A stretch of DNA of 61,669 nucleotides, filler included, from Chiloscyllium plagiosum (taxonomy: Eukaryota), in assembly GCF_004010195.1 (NCBI RefSeq). It is 3 parts of one record of this genome, joined end to end, with 100 filler letters (N's around TTAATTAATTAA, not from the genome) between each part and the next. Parts side by side here need not be neighbours in the genome. Positions count along the whole stretch, not along the records: positions 1 to 22,976 come from NC_057713.1; positions 23,077 to 47,100 come from NC_057713.1; 1 more part is not named here. One strand, 5' to 3'. Positions 14,307 through 26,687 of this stretch are shown here, piece after piece; position 1 is the stretch's first letter; every line of letters begins with the position of its first letter. The position numbers and the translations under genes were made by a program. The notes beneath the pieces are model-generated. The model saw only the letters and a list, made by a program, of their open reading frames with translations, searched no databases and was not told the origin of the DNA.

Positions 14307-14546
14307 GATTTGGAGATGCTGGTGTTGGATTGGGATGTACAAAGTTAAAAATCACACAACAACCAGGTTATAGTCCAACAGGTTTAATTGGAAGCACTAG
14401 CTTTCGGAGCGCTGCTCCTTCATCAGGTGGTTGTGGAGTACACAATTGTAAGACACTCCACAACCACCTGATGAAGGAGCAATACTCCAAAAGCTAGTGC
14501 TTCCAATTAAACCTGTCGGGCTATAGCCTGGTGTTGTGTGATTTTT
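14307..14546. mobile_element. Palindromic PLE-derived insertion (family B) with two oppositely oriented hammerhead motifs
   Basis: ~100-bp inverted arms around 14440-14455; 11-bp TSD agcttggatat at 14296-14306 and 14547-14557. Confidence 0.85.
14395..14429 (-). ncRNA. Minimal type-I hammerhead ribozyme motif, intact core
   Basis: Minus strand: cac-CTGATGA-A-GGAGC-agc-GCTCC-GAAA-G-CTA-gtg. Helix I cac/gtg, 5-bp helix II, loop-less palindromic helix III (AGCT), CUA triplet. Confidence 0.8.
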
Positions 14547-16012
14547 AGCTTGGATATTGGCTTCTGGTCTTTAGAAGTGAACAAGTATCCGCAGTGTTCA
14601 GATTCAGAACCAGGAGAGTACCTGAGTGACCATTGCACAATGATGAGTTCTTTGAAAAAGGTACAGAAGGTAAAGATTGGGATGGGAGGGTGGCCGACAT
14701 TTTAGCAATATAAAGGATAAGACACCCCATTACCCAGGCTGAGAAGTTGTTGAAGTAGTCAGTTTAAACCCTACCATGCTAAGTATCTTCATACATCAGG
14801 GGAAGAAGTCAAAGGTCTGGCAAAGATAAACATTCTAGGTCAAGGCACACATTTTCAACTGCAGGGGGCTGAGAGTCAGGAAATATCTTACACAAAAGCT
14901 CCAACAAGTGGTTGACTGCACAGCTCATCACAGTACCACATACTACACTTGTCTGATATTTCCAATCTAACTTCACCAGATGTCAGCTATGGTCAATGGC
15001 TGTGGTCACATTTTCCCTGTGTGTCAGAAAGTGAGGGCTCAAGACTGTTCAATGCTGTACTGACAGAGTGTTGTGCTGTTGGAAATGTGATCTGAGAATA
15101 TGTTAAACTGAGGACCTGTCTGCTCTCTTGGGTGGATGGAAAAAAATCCATTGCACTGTTGCCAAAGAGCAGTGGAGATGTCCAGCCAAATATTTATTCC
15201 TCAGCAAGCATAGATCACTCATATTTATTGGGAGCTTACTGTGCACAAATGGCTGCACTACATAACAGGAGTGAGTTTACTTCAGAAGCATTTAATTAAT
15301 GTATGAGATATCCTGAGGATCTAAAAGGTGCTGTATAAATGATTACAATTTCTTTCCAAAGGTTTCTGCTATGTGTGCCATTAAAATTTGATTCTCTGTT
15401 GATATATTGTACGTCACTGACCCAAGATCAGGTAATGAGTTATTTAAAGATCAATATTTAAAAGCCTGTTTACTACAGCATTCAATACTCCATTCATCAC
15501 ACAAACACAATATCATGTTTTCCATTGCAGATTGATTAAAAACCATTCCATTTATACTGGGACTTTTTGTTTCATGGCCAGTGAGCAGGAAGGAGACAAC
15601 TACAGACGAGAGTTTCACCTCCCACACACAGTACGTACACTTCCTTCAGCCTGGCTCCGTCTGTGGAGTCTGTTTGAAGGATTCATATCTAGAAGTAAGT
15701 TTTAATAAATCACTGAACACATGAACTGTGTTAGAGCATGGAGTGCAGCTTCTAGAGACACCTCATAGGAAGTGAAGTTTTTTTTTGCACATAGCAGGTA
15801 TTCCCCTTCACTTATAATGAAGTTAAGGAATGGAAACATATCTGTAGAAATTTCCAGCCAGTCCTTATCGCGATGAAGATTTTATTTGCAATATGCCTGG
15901 TCCTTCGAACAGGCATCGGAAACCTTTCAAAACCGTGGAGGATATCACTGCAGGCAATGATCAGTGGATCTTAGAAGTTGTCAAATACTTTGCAACGTGT
16001 TACTGTTTGATT

Positions 16013-16300
16013 AGAGACATAGAGTTGTACAGCACAAAAACAGATCCTTTGGTCCAACTCTTTCATATCAACCAGATATCCTAAATTTATTTAGTCTCAT
16101 TTGTTAGCATTTGGCACACCTCCCTTTAAACCCTTCCTATTCATTTACCTCTTTTAAATGTTGTAATTGTACCAAACTCCATCACTGCCTCTGGTAACTC
16201 ATTCTATACACACAACACCCTCTGCATGAAAATGTTTCCCCTCAGGTCCCTTTTAAATCTATCCTCTCTCACCTTAAACCGACACCGTCTCATTTTTGAT
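16013..16300 (-). mobile_element. CR1 LINE 3' fragment
   Basis: Diverged reverse complement of the CR1 3' end seen at 4730-5000. Confidence 0.85.
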
Positions 16301-17302
16301 TCCTAAAAGCTTTCCTTTCATTGGAATTAATTTCCTTCTTAGGCTCCTGTTATTGGGGTTCATCATGATACAGATAGGAAACGGACTCAGTGAGGGTAGC
16401 TAGTGGGGGCTGGGGGGAGGGAGCTGCCTATCATCTCTCCAACACATCAAATAAACAAACTGAAGAATAGCACCATCAGATCTAAACTGCAAAGAAAATG
16501 TTGATGAGTGAGGCATATACAAGGGTGCAGTAACTATTCATCTCAAATCCAATTCAGGCGTGTGACAGAAAAAGACAGCCACAGCCTTTCGACAGACAAA
16601 CCCTCCTTGTCTGTCAGACCCAGGGATTTGTTTGAAGTTGCAGCAGGAAGGAAGCAAACACATCAAGATGCCTGACCCAGATTCTGCCCAACACCACTGA
16701 AATATTTCCTGAGTGTAAGCACAACGAACAGAGACTTAGAACTAATTGTCAGAGGAATTTTACTAAAAGCAGAATTAGAAATATATTACTGGATCAATCC
16801 AGTGAGCCCATCTTGGTGCTTATTCATTCTTTGGTTGTGTGGTTTAATGTGCATCTCCAAAGGCTTGGGATCAAGGCAAGGCCAAGAGCTATCTTCATGC
16901 TCAGCCTTCTTTACAACATTATCTATTACAGGTCCTTATCTTACTGTTACAACATTTAAAGATTATTCCATCTACTTAACTATCAAATACTAGAGGCTCT
17001 ACTTCACATCCTATGCTGCATTTTTCTAACATTTGCACAACTGGACGTCAGGTTTCTGCGCAGTTTTCGATGTATTTCTCTTCTTCTTCACTCTGACCAC
17101 AATGTGCTATATATACTCAGTGAGGAGTAGCTCCTTGACATCACCATAGGGTTGTTCCAAGGTCCTAAAGGGCTTGCATAACTGCCCTCCTTTTTATCAC
17201 CCATTATCAACATTGATTAACGTGTGTATTCAAATTAGTTAACTAGTTGCTACTTTGTAAAGCATTTAGTACAAATTGTTCCTTATATTACGCACACTTC
17301 GA

Positions 17303-17613
17303 CTTAGATTAGATTAGATTACTTACAGTGTGGAAACAGGCCCTTCGGCCAACAGTCCACACCGACCCGCCAAAGCGCAACCCACCCAGACCCATTCCCC
17401 TACATATACCCCTTCACCTAACACTATGGGCAATTTAGCATGGCCAATTCACCTAACCTGCACATTTTTGGACTGTGGGAGGAAACCGGAGCACCCAGAG
17501 GAGACCCACTCAGACACGTGCAAACAGTCAGTCAGTCGCTTGAGGCGGGAATTGAACCCGGGTCTCTGGCATTGTGAGGCAGCAGTGCTAACCACTGTGC
17601 CACCGTGCTGCCC
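17303..17613 (-). mobile_element. HE1-type V-SINE, young copy
   Basis: Full tRNA head and V-domain, CpGs retained; (ttaga)n tail at 17303-17320. Confidence 0.92.
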
Positions 17614-18017
17614 ATCTGTGTTGATAAATGTGTAGATGTAGAAGATGTAGATGTATGTCAAGATGTAGAAACACTTGAAGCAAACTTGATGATCTGCCTT
17701 TTACTCTGCTGGGTTCCACTAGATCAGAGAATTAATCTATTTAGCAGTCTGACCATAAGCATTGAATGGGTAGCATGAACTTAGGGATCAATCAAAGGGA
17801 ATAGTGTTTTGTAGACAGTGTCAACAGGACTTGGTTTTGTTCCAGCCAAGGAGGTGGTTCCTGTGATAAAGGGATGGAAAGTAAATAAACTGAATGGGAA
17901 GGCTGGACCAATAAGAAAAGGTGATGGTAGTTTCAGCACTCAGGATATTCCTTACGATCAATATTTGCCGAAGGCTCTTATGTTAATGCAGCTGCAGAGA
18001 TGCATATAGATGCTGGC

Positions 18018-18566
18018 TTTCTGGTCTCCTTCCTATCGGAAAGATGTTGTGAAACATGAAAGGGTTCAGAAAAGATTTACAAGGATATTGCCAGGGTGAG
18101 AGAGTTGCGCTATGGGGAGAGGCTGAACAGGCTGGGGCTGTTTTCCCTGGAGTGTCGGAGGCTGAGAGGTGACCTTATAGAGGTTTATAAAATCATGAGG
18201 GGCATGGATAGGATAAATAGGCAAAGTCTTTTCCCTGGGATGAGGGGGGGGGTGAGGTGAGTCCAGAATTAGAGGGCATAGGTTTAGGTGAGAAGGGAAA
18301 AATATAAAAGAGACCTAAGGGGCAACTTTTTCACGCAGAGGGTAGTATGTGTATGAAATGAGCTGCCAGAGGAAGTGGAGGAGGCTGGTACAATTGCAAC
18401 ATTTAAAAGGTATCTGGATGGGTATATGAATAGGAAGGGTTTGGAGGGATATGGGCCAGTTGCTGGCAGGTGGGACTAGATTGGGTTGGGATATCTGGTT
18501 GGCATGGACGAGTTGGACCGAAGGGTCTGTTTCCATGCTGTACATCTCTATGACTCTATGACTCTA
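18018..18566 (+). mobile_element. CR1 (HER1-like) LINE 3' fragment
   Basis: Same sequence as 4495-5000; ends catctctatgactctatgactcta. Confidence 0.93.
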
Positions 18567-19254
18567 TTAACATCTGGAATGGACAACAGTTTTTTTTAAT
18601 TGTCCAAGAAAAAAGTGATGTTCTTTGTTCATAGGTAGCTATTCCCCATAAAAGGAATTTATTCCTTTATAGTCCTGACCTGTTCTTCACGATTCTGTTT
18701 CAAAGCGCAATATACAAGTTGCCTTGGAAATGGTTTGGTTTGTTGCAGGGTTTGTTCTTTAGATTGTATCAAATCTTCAAGAATTAACTTTTCTTTTCCT
18801 ACAATGAATACATCCTTGGTGCAAGTCTAACCAGTTTTGTATTCACAGATGTAAAGGCTGGGAACCATACCTGTCTCAAGAAACTGTAGATTGTTTCAGC
18901 GTTTGTATTAATATTTTCACTTTGTAGTAATTTTTTTCAGATCAGAGATCTGTCTACTCTGGTCAGGTGGTTTATTGTATTTCAAGTACTTCACTCTCAA
19001 TAAATTGTTCTACATTAAATGAATTTTACAGCATAATGCGTCTTGAACAATTTTTTGATGCTGTACCCACTGCTATTAGAACTGATCATTTTAGAATCAG
19101 AACCCATTTTGTTTGAAGAAGCTCAAAATTTGATTTATTTAAGAGCAATTGACAATTCTGTTATGAATTAGCATTTGCTATAAGCTTCTGTAGTTGCACG
19201 GCTCAAATAATACAAACAGGTCATTAATAAAGCTATCTCCAGAATCTCCTGTGG

Positions 19255-20100
19255 GTTCACGGGGCACTCACTGTCTTAGAAGCTCTGATAAATTTCTGCA
19301 GTTTGTCTTGCAAGTGATGTATGCTGCTGCTACTCACTGTCCGTGGTGAAAGGACTGATTGTTTGTGGATGTGATGCCAATCAGGTGGGTTGCCTCTGTC
19401 AAACGTCTTGAATGATGTTGAAGCTGCACTCATCCAGGCCAGTGGGGAGTATTCCACTACACTCCTGACTTGTGCCTTGTAGAATTTGGACAGGCTTTGG
19501 CGAGTCAGGAGGCGAGTTACTCACTGCAAGGTTCCTATCTTCTGACCTGCCCTTGTAGCCATTGTATTTATATGGCTAGTTTGGTAAAGTTTCTGATCAA
19601 TGGTAACACCCTCACAAATCCTCCCACCCAGAATGTTTATACCTGGGGGGAGGATTCAGAGATGGTAATACTCTTGCATGTTGAAGGGTGACTTTGGATT
19701 TTCTCTTGTTGGACATAGTCATTGCCTGGGATTTGTGTGACATGACTGTACTTGCCCCTGTTACTTGCCACTTGACAGACAAGTCTGGGATATTGCCTGG
19801 GTCTGGCTGCATTTGGACAAGGACTATTTTAGTATCTGAGGAGTCACAAATGGTGCTGAGCGTTGTGCATTCATCTGCAATCATCCCCACTTCTGACCTT
19901 ACAATAGAGGGAAGCTCATTGATGAAGGAGCTGAAGATGGTTGGGCCGAGGACATTACCCTGAGGAACTCCTGCAGAGATATCCTAGAGCTGAGATGACA
20001 GACTTGCAAAAACTGCACAATTTTCCTTTGTGCGAGGGATGACTCAAATCACTGGAAAGTTTTCCCCCAATTCCAGTTGACTCTAGGTTTACTCAGACTT
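19255..20100 (-). mobile_element. LINE (second family), C-terminal half of RT
   Basis: Minus-strand MIADECT (F/YADD motif) and MEYSPLAW; continues at 23880. Confidence 0.8.
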
Positions 20101-20499
20101 CTTTTTTGAATAGAATAGTCATTTATTGCCACTTGTGTTTTTTACAGAAAACATACAGTGAAAAATGTTTAAGTTGACATACCATGGGGCCTATATTAAT
20201 AACAGAAGGCACAGATAAGAAAAAAATTAAACATTAAGACAAATCTCATCTTGGTTCAATTCCTGGATCCCGTGTTTGGGATAAGCCAGATGTGCTAACG
20301 TGCTAGGTTAGTGGAATCCTGGCTACAAAACACCACAAAAGCTGCCACAAGGACCAATCCCAGGGAAGGACCCATAGCAAAAGGTTCCTGCGCTGCGGGA
20401 TACCTGGCCGAAGCCACTGCCGGCCTCTTCAGATATAGTAGGAGATATCGGGTCCCCATGCTCACACCTCTGCCAGTCACCTTCTCAACACTGATTCCA

Positions 20500-23400
20500 G
20501 AGACCAGCTCCATTCTCCTCACCCACCCCACTGCCATCCTCCAGAGACCCACTCCACTCTCACCATCCTCCTCACTGCCATCCTCCAGAGACAACTTCCA
20601 CACTCCCCACCCGCCTCACTGCCATCCTCCAGAGACCCACTNNNNNNNNNNNNNNNNNNNNNNNNNNNNNNNNNNNNNNNNNNNNNNNNNNNNNNNNNNN
20701 NNNNNNNNNNNNNNNNNNNNNNNNNNNNNNNNNNNNNNNNNNNNNNNNNNNNNNNNNNNNNNNNNNNNNNNNNNNNNNNNNNNNNNNNNNNNNNNNNNNN
20801 NNNNNNNNNNNNNNNNNNNNNNNNNNNNNNNNNNNNNNNNNNNNNNNNNNNNNNNNNNNNNNNNNNNNNNNNNNNNNNNNNNNNNNNNNNNNNNNNNNNN
20901 NNNNNNNNNNNNNNNNNNNNNNNNNNNNNNNNNNNNNNNNNNNNNNNNNNNNNNNNNNNNNNNNNNNNNNNNNNNNNNNNNNNNNNNNNNNNNNNNNNNN
21001 NNNNNNNNNNNNNNNNNNNNNNNNNNNNNNNNNNNNNNNNNNNNNNNNNNNNNNNNNNNNNNNNNNNNNNNNNNNNNNNNNNNNNNNTTCACCATCGTCC
21101 TGACATCCACTCCACTCTCACCACCCTCCTCACTGCTATCCTCCAGAGACCCGCCCCACTCTCACCACCCACCTCACTGCCAACCTCCAGAGACCCGCTC
21201 CGCTCTCACCACGCTCCTCACTGCCATCCTCCAGAGACCCACTCCACTCTCACCATCCTCCACACTGCCATCCTCCAGAGACCCACTCCACTCTCACCAT
21301 CGTCCTGAGATCCACTCCACTCTCACCACCCTCCTCACTGCCATCCTCCAGAGACCCGCTCCACTCTCACCACCCACCTCACCGCCATCCTCCAGAGACC
21401 CACACCACTCTCACCACCCACCTCACTTCCATCCTCCAGAGACCCACTCCAATCTCACCACCGACCTCACTTCCATCCTCCAGAGACCCACTCCACTCTC
21501 ACCACCCGCCTCACTGCCATCCTCCAGAGACCCGCTCCACTCTCACCACCCACCTCACCGCCATCCTCCAGAGAGCCACTCCACTCTCACCACCCGCCTC
21601 AACGCCATCCTCCAGAGACCCACTCCACTCTCACCACCCACCTCACCGCCATCCTCCAGAGACCCACACCACTCTCACCACCCACCTCACTTCCATCCTC
21701 CAGAGACCCACTCCAATCTCAACACCGACCTCACTTCCATCCTCCAGAGACCCGCTCCACTCTCCCCACCCTCCTCACTGCCAACCTCCAGAGACCCGCT
21801 CCACTCTCAACACGCTCCTCACTGCTATCCTCCAGAAACCCACTCCACTCTCACCACCCACCTCACTTCCATCCTCCAGAGAGCCACTCCACTCACACCA
21901 CCCTCCTCACTGCCATCCTCCAGAGACTCAGTCCACTCTCATCACCCACCTCACTGCTATCCTCCAGAGAGCCGCTCCACTCTCACCACACACCTCTGCC
22001 ATCGTCCAGAGACACACCCCACTCTCACCACCCACCTCACTTCCATCCTCCAGAGAGCCGCTCNNNNNNNNNNNNNNNNNNNCCTCCAGAGACCCGCTCC
22101 ACTCTCCCCACCCTCCTCACTGCCAACCTCCAGAGACCCGCTCCACTCTCACCACGCTCCTCACTGCTATCCTCCAGAGACCCACTCCACTCTCACCACC
22201 CACCTCACTTCCATCCTCCAGAGAGCCGCTCCACTCTCACCACCCACCTCACTGCCATCCTCCAGAGACCCGCTCCACTCTCACCACCCACCTCACCGCC
22301 ATCCTCCAGAGAGCCACTCCACTCTCACCACCCACCTCACTGCCATCCTCCAGACACCCACTCCACTCTCACCACCCACCTCACCGCCATCCTCCAGAGA
22401 CTCACTCTACTCTCACCACCAACCCCACTGCCATCCTCCAGAGACCCAGTCCCCTCTCACCATCCTCACTCCACTCTCACCATCCTCCTCACTGCCATCC
22501 TCCAGAGACCCACTCCACTCTCATCATCCTCCTCACTGCCATCCTCCAGAGACCCACGCAACACTCACCATCCTCCTCACTGCCATCCTCCAGAGACCCA
22601 CTCCACTCTCACCACCCGCCTCACTGCCATCCTCCAGAGACCTGCTCCACTCTCACCACCCACCTCATTGCCAACCTCAAGAGACCCACTCCACTCTCAC
22701 CGCCCACCTCACTGCCATCCTCCAGAGATCTACTCCACTCCCACCACCCTCCTCACTGCCATCCTGCAGAGACCCACTCCACTCTCACACCCCCCTCACT
22801 GCCAACCTCCAGAGACCCACTCCAATCTCACCACCCGCATCATTGCTATCATCCAGTGACTCACTCCACTCTCACCACCCAACTCACTGCCATCCTCCAG
22901 AGACCCGCTCCACTCTCACCACCCACCTCACTGCCATCCTCCAGAGACCCACTCCACTTTCACCACCCACCTCACTNNNNNNNNNNNNNNNNNNNNNNNN
23001 NNNNNNNNNNNNNNNNNNNNTTAATTAATTAANNNNNNNNNNNNNNNNNNNNNNNNNNNNNNNNNNNNNNNNNNNNAGAGACCCACTCCACTCTCACCAC
23101 CCACCTCACTGCCATCCTCAAGAGACCCACTCCACTCTCACCACCCACCTCACTGCCATCCTCCAGAGACCCACTCCACTCTCACCACCCACCTCACTGC
23201 CATCCTCCAGAGACCCACTCCACTCTCACCACCCACCTCACTGCCATCCTCCAGAGACCCACTCCACTCTCACCACCCACCTCACTGCCATCCTCCAGAG
23301 ACCCACTCCACTCTCACCACCCACCTCACTGCCATCCTCCAGAGACCCACTCCACTCTCACCACCCACCTCACTGCCATCCTCCAGAGACCCACTCCACT

Positions 23401-23670
23401 CTCACCACCCACCTCACTGCCATCCTCCAGAGACCCACTCCACTCTCACCACCCACCTCACTGCCATCCTCCAGAGACCCACTCCACTCTCACCACCCAC
23501 CTCACTGCCATCCTCCAGAGACCCACTCCACTCTCACCACCCACCTCACTGCCATCCTCAAGAGACCCACTCCAGTCTCACCACCCACCTCACTGCTATC
23601 CTCCAGTGACCTGCTCCACTCTCACCACCCTCCTCACTGCCATCCTCCAGAGACCCGCTCCGTACTCACC
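20500..23670 (+). repeat. 44-bp minisatellite (ccagagacccactccactctcaccacccacctcactgccatcct)n, with three N gaps
   Basis: Period 44 measured at 23163 -> 23207; diverged units 21088-22976, nearly invariant units 23077-23595. Confidence 0.97.
22977..23076. other. Assembly gap with artificial linker N44-TTAATTAATTAA-N44
   Basis: Exactly 100 nt; the linker has stops in all six frames; identical structure at 47101-47200. Confidence 0.95.
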
Positions 23671-23879
23671 AGGCACAGGCACACTCCGGACCATGATGAA
23701 GAGGACTTCATACCACCTTCTGCGAATATAATGATAGAAGAAGAAAATTAAGGAAATTTCCGAAAAGAAAATTGCGTAAAAAAGGAGAAATAAATTAGAA
23801 AATAGAAATAAAAGCAGACAGCGTGTATAAGCTCCAGGCACAGGAGCCCAGGCGCTGCCTGCTTCTCCCCAGCCATCTT

Positions 23880-24885
23880 AGACCTTGATATCCCACTTGG
23901 TCAAATGCAGATTTGGTGTCAAAGATAGTCACTCTCACCTCCTGTCTGAAAATCACCTCCTTTGTCCATGTTTGAACTAAGGCTGTAATGAGGTCAGGAG
24001 CGGAGTGATCTCGGCAAAACCCAAACTGAGCATCTTTGAGCAGGTTATTGCTAAGCAAGGGCTCCTTGATAACATTATTGATGATACCTTCCATCACTGT
24101 ACTGATGATTGCAGTATATTGGTGGGGCAGTAATTTGTGGAGTTGTCCTGCTTTTTTTTTGTATAGGACATACCTGGGCAATTTTCCACATTGTCAGGCA
24201 GAGACTATTCTTGTACAGTACTGAAACAGCTTAGCTAGGTGTTCAGTAAGTTCTGAAGCACAAGCCTTCAGGACTATTACCAAATGGTGTCAGGGCCCTT
24301 TGTAGTATCCAGTGCCACTAATCCTTTCTTGATACCATGTGGAGTGAATTGAATTTACTGAGGACAGGCATCTATGATGGGCCAGATGCCAGGATATTTA
24401 GCAAATTTAAGGGGGGGGAATAGACAGATTTTTAATTAGCAAGGGGTTCAAGGGCTGTGGAAAGCAGGCAGGGAAGTGAGGTTGAGGCTGAGATGAAATC
24501 AACCCCGATTGTTTCAATCAGCAGAGCAAGCTCATGGGGCTGAACACTGCCTACTGCAGTACCTGGTTCTTTAGCTGGGAGCCTCAGGAGGAGGCTGAGA
24601 TGATCATCCAATCTGTGTTCTGGCTGAAGAATACTAAAAATGCTTCAGTTTTGTCTTTTCCACTGATTAGCTGAGCTCCCACATTATTGAGGATGGGTGC
24701 ATTCTTCTCCAGTGAGTGAATTCATGGTCTACAGTATCTGGGTTTGTCAGGACTTGCAAGGTTAGGTCCATTGGTTGTGGGATAGCTTACCTCTGTCTAT
24801 AAGCAAGCAGTCCTGTTTTGTAGCTTTCCCAGGTTGACACCTCATTTTCAGGTGTGCCAGCTACTGCTCCTGGCATGTCCTCCCA
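23880..24885 (-). mobile_element. LINE (second family), N-terminal half of RT
   Basis: ORF 23795-24181: IISTVMEGIINNVIK...DAQFGFCRDHSAPDLIT...FDTKSAFDQV (RT motifs QFGF, D..AFD.V). A short CR1 3' piece is nested at ~24390-24570. Confidence 0.82.
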
Positions 24886-25236
24886 TCCATCAGTAAAATA
24901 CTGATCAAAAGCTTTTTATGGTTGGCAAATGTACTTATTTTTCATTGATTTGTTGCCTATGTAAGCTGATGTCCTTCCTGTGTAAGAGAGAAGTGTACTA
25001 ATCTGCTCTGTATTTGATTTAACGTTCAATTCTAAAGCTTTTTGAAATTTTAGGAATTGAACTTTGCACATTTGCTAATTTGTGATTGATCAAATGGATC
25101 TGATAGTGTGAAGTATTCTGGTGGAAAGATCAGTACAGGTGAATCTTGCTGCTTTGACTAATTGTTTATAGACAATTAAAGTTGTTGATTATTTTCCTGA
25201 TTTGAATTATTGTTGCTAGGATTTTGATCTTCTTGT

Positions 25237-25346
25237 ACAACACTCATTTTGTTGTCTTGCTGCATTCTTAGTTAATTAAAGTTGTTGCTGAACAACACTC
25301 ATTTTGTTGTCTTGTTATATTCTTAGTTAATTAAAATTGTCACTGA
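25237..25346 (+). repeat. Imperfect 55-bp tandem duplication
   Basis: acaacactcattttgttgtcttg...ttcttagttaattaaa at 25237 and 25292. Confidence 0.85.
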
Positions 25347-26687
25347 ATCTCGTTGTTGTAAAGATTAGTACTGTAGTACTAAACGGAAAGCCGTTAAAGT
25401 TTCTGCTGCTCTAAATGGTTTCAATGTGGAGTTTGTTATTTTCTTTACCAATACAGCGTATTCAAGACAAGAATGAAGATATTCCTTTTCCAAGATGCCT
25501 GAAAGAATTCTAAAAGATCTGTGGGTAGAAACCTCAAAGTGAAATCAATCAATAAAATTCAATGCTGCTTTTAAAAAAAAAATCAAAGATGGCTGCCATG
25601 ACATTGCTGGCACCAATATTTTCTGCATCACATGTATATTCATGTCAAATTCTACACCACATGATCAAATTGATGATCTTTGTCTTCATCCCTAATTTGT
25701 TGTTTACAGCGATTAAAATCGATAAATCTTTTTCTTTGGGAATAAAACTTCCATTTCTCAGTCATCTGTTGAAATTATGAAGATTTAACTAACTTCACTG
25801 TTTAGACTCTGAAATTTCGAATTCCAACACATAATTTGCATTCTTGATTTTTGTTCAGAATAATTGCTTTCAGCATGTTTCTGAAGAATTTTCTAAACTT
25901 GCTTGTTGTTAACTTGGCCTTGGGTAAATTGCGCAAAAGTTGTTAAATCGCTGTTAGAAGTCTTAGCTCTGTTTCCCAGACTAGCTTTCTCTGTGGAAAT
26001 GAAACTTTTTTATTATTTCCTCGAAGGGACCTAATCTGCTTTATGTGCCCAGTAATTGGCTTCTTTTTGTGAATGGTCAATCCAGGTTTGTTCCTGGCTG
26101 TTCATAGACTTTGTTACACTCATTGTTTTTTCTTAAAGGTTTGTTTCCCTTATTACAGGCTGTAAAATGCTTTTATTCAGACTTAGTTGCTATTATTAGT
26201 TCTCTGTTCAGCGATTTGCTTTCCCTCACAGCTGCTGTTCAATTCTGTGACTTTTCTGCTGCTTTGATTTAATTGTTTATTGTCATGATGAAAAGTGCTA
26301 TATAGTGCTGTCATTCTCTGGCTAACTGATAGTAAATGATTTTTTTTTTTAAAAAGTGTTTTTTTTTAGTTCTTCTCTTCTCCAAATGATTCCAGGTATG
26401 TTTCATGATCTTCACTGCTGCCATTGTCTTCCAAGTGGTTGTTCCCAACACCATCACTATATATAGTTGTGTGGTTTTTTGCCTATATCTACAAATTTGA
26501 GTTCAAGACAGACCGATCAAGGAGAATGCAAGGTCAAGAACTGTCTTCAGGCTTGGACTTCTTTAAACACTGTTTATTACATATTAAGATTTAAAACTGC
26601 TTTAAAAATGGTATTCAAGGAACTTGGTACCTGGCTCCTATCTTATTGTCACATTATTGAAAGATTATTCCATGAACCCTACCAGTC

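Larger units (their letters stand above)
20101..23880 (-). mobile_element. Composite non-autonomous retroposon with internal VNTR (SVA-like architecture)
   Basis: Minus strand starts AAGATGGC (23879-23872), then ~200 bp unique, a ~3.2-kb 44-bp VNTR and ~400 bp unique; ends ttttcactgta...caagtggcAATAAAtgactattctattcAAAAAA. Interrupts a LINE RT that resumes collinearly. Confidence 0.65.

Noticed and set aside
14307..14546. MITE / DNA transposon or miRNA gene interpretation of the palindromes
   Set aside because: Arms are asymmetric, TSD lengths vary (9-14 bp), and the same sequence is the 3' end of GIY-YIG-encoding PLEs elsewhere in the window.
20311..23028. 905-aa Pro/His/Ser/Thr-rich ORF (mucin/extensin-like)
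   Set aside because: Translation of a 44-bp minisatellite whose C-rich strand lacks stops; the peptide cycles through all three frames every 44 aa, spans N gaps and ends at the artificial linker.
20500..23670. CRISPR-like array
   Set aside because: Units are contiguous with no unique spacers; eukaryotic context; no cas genes.
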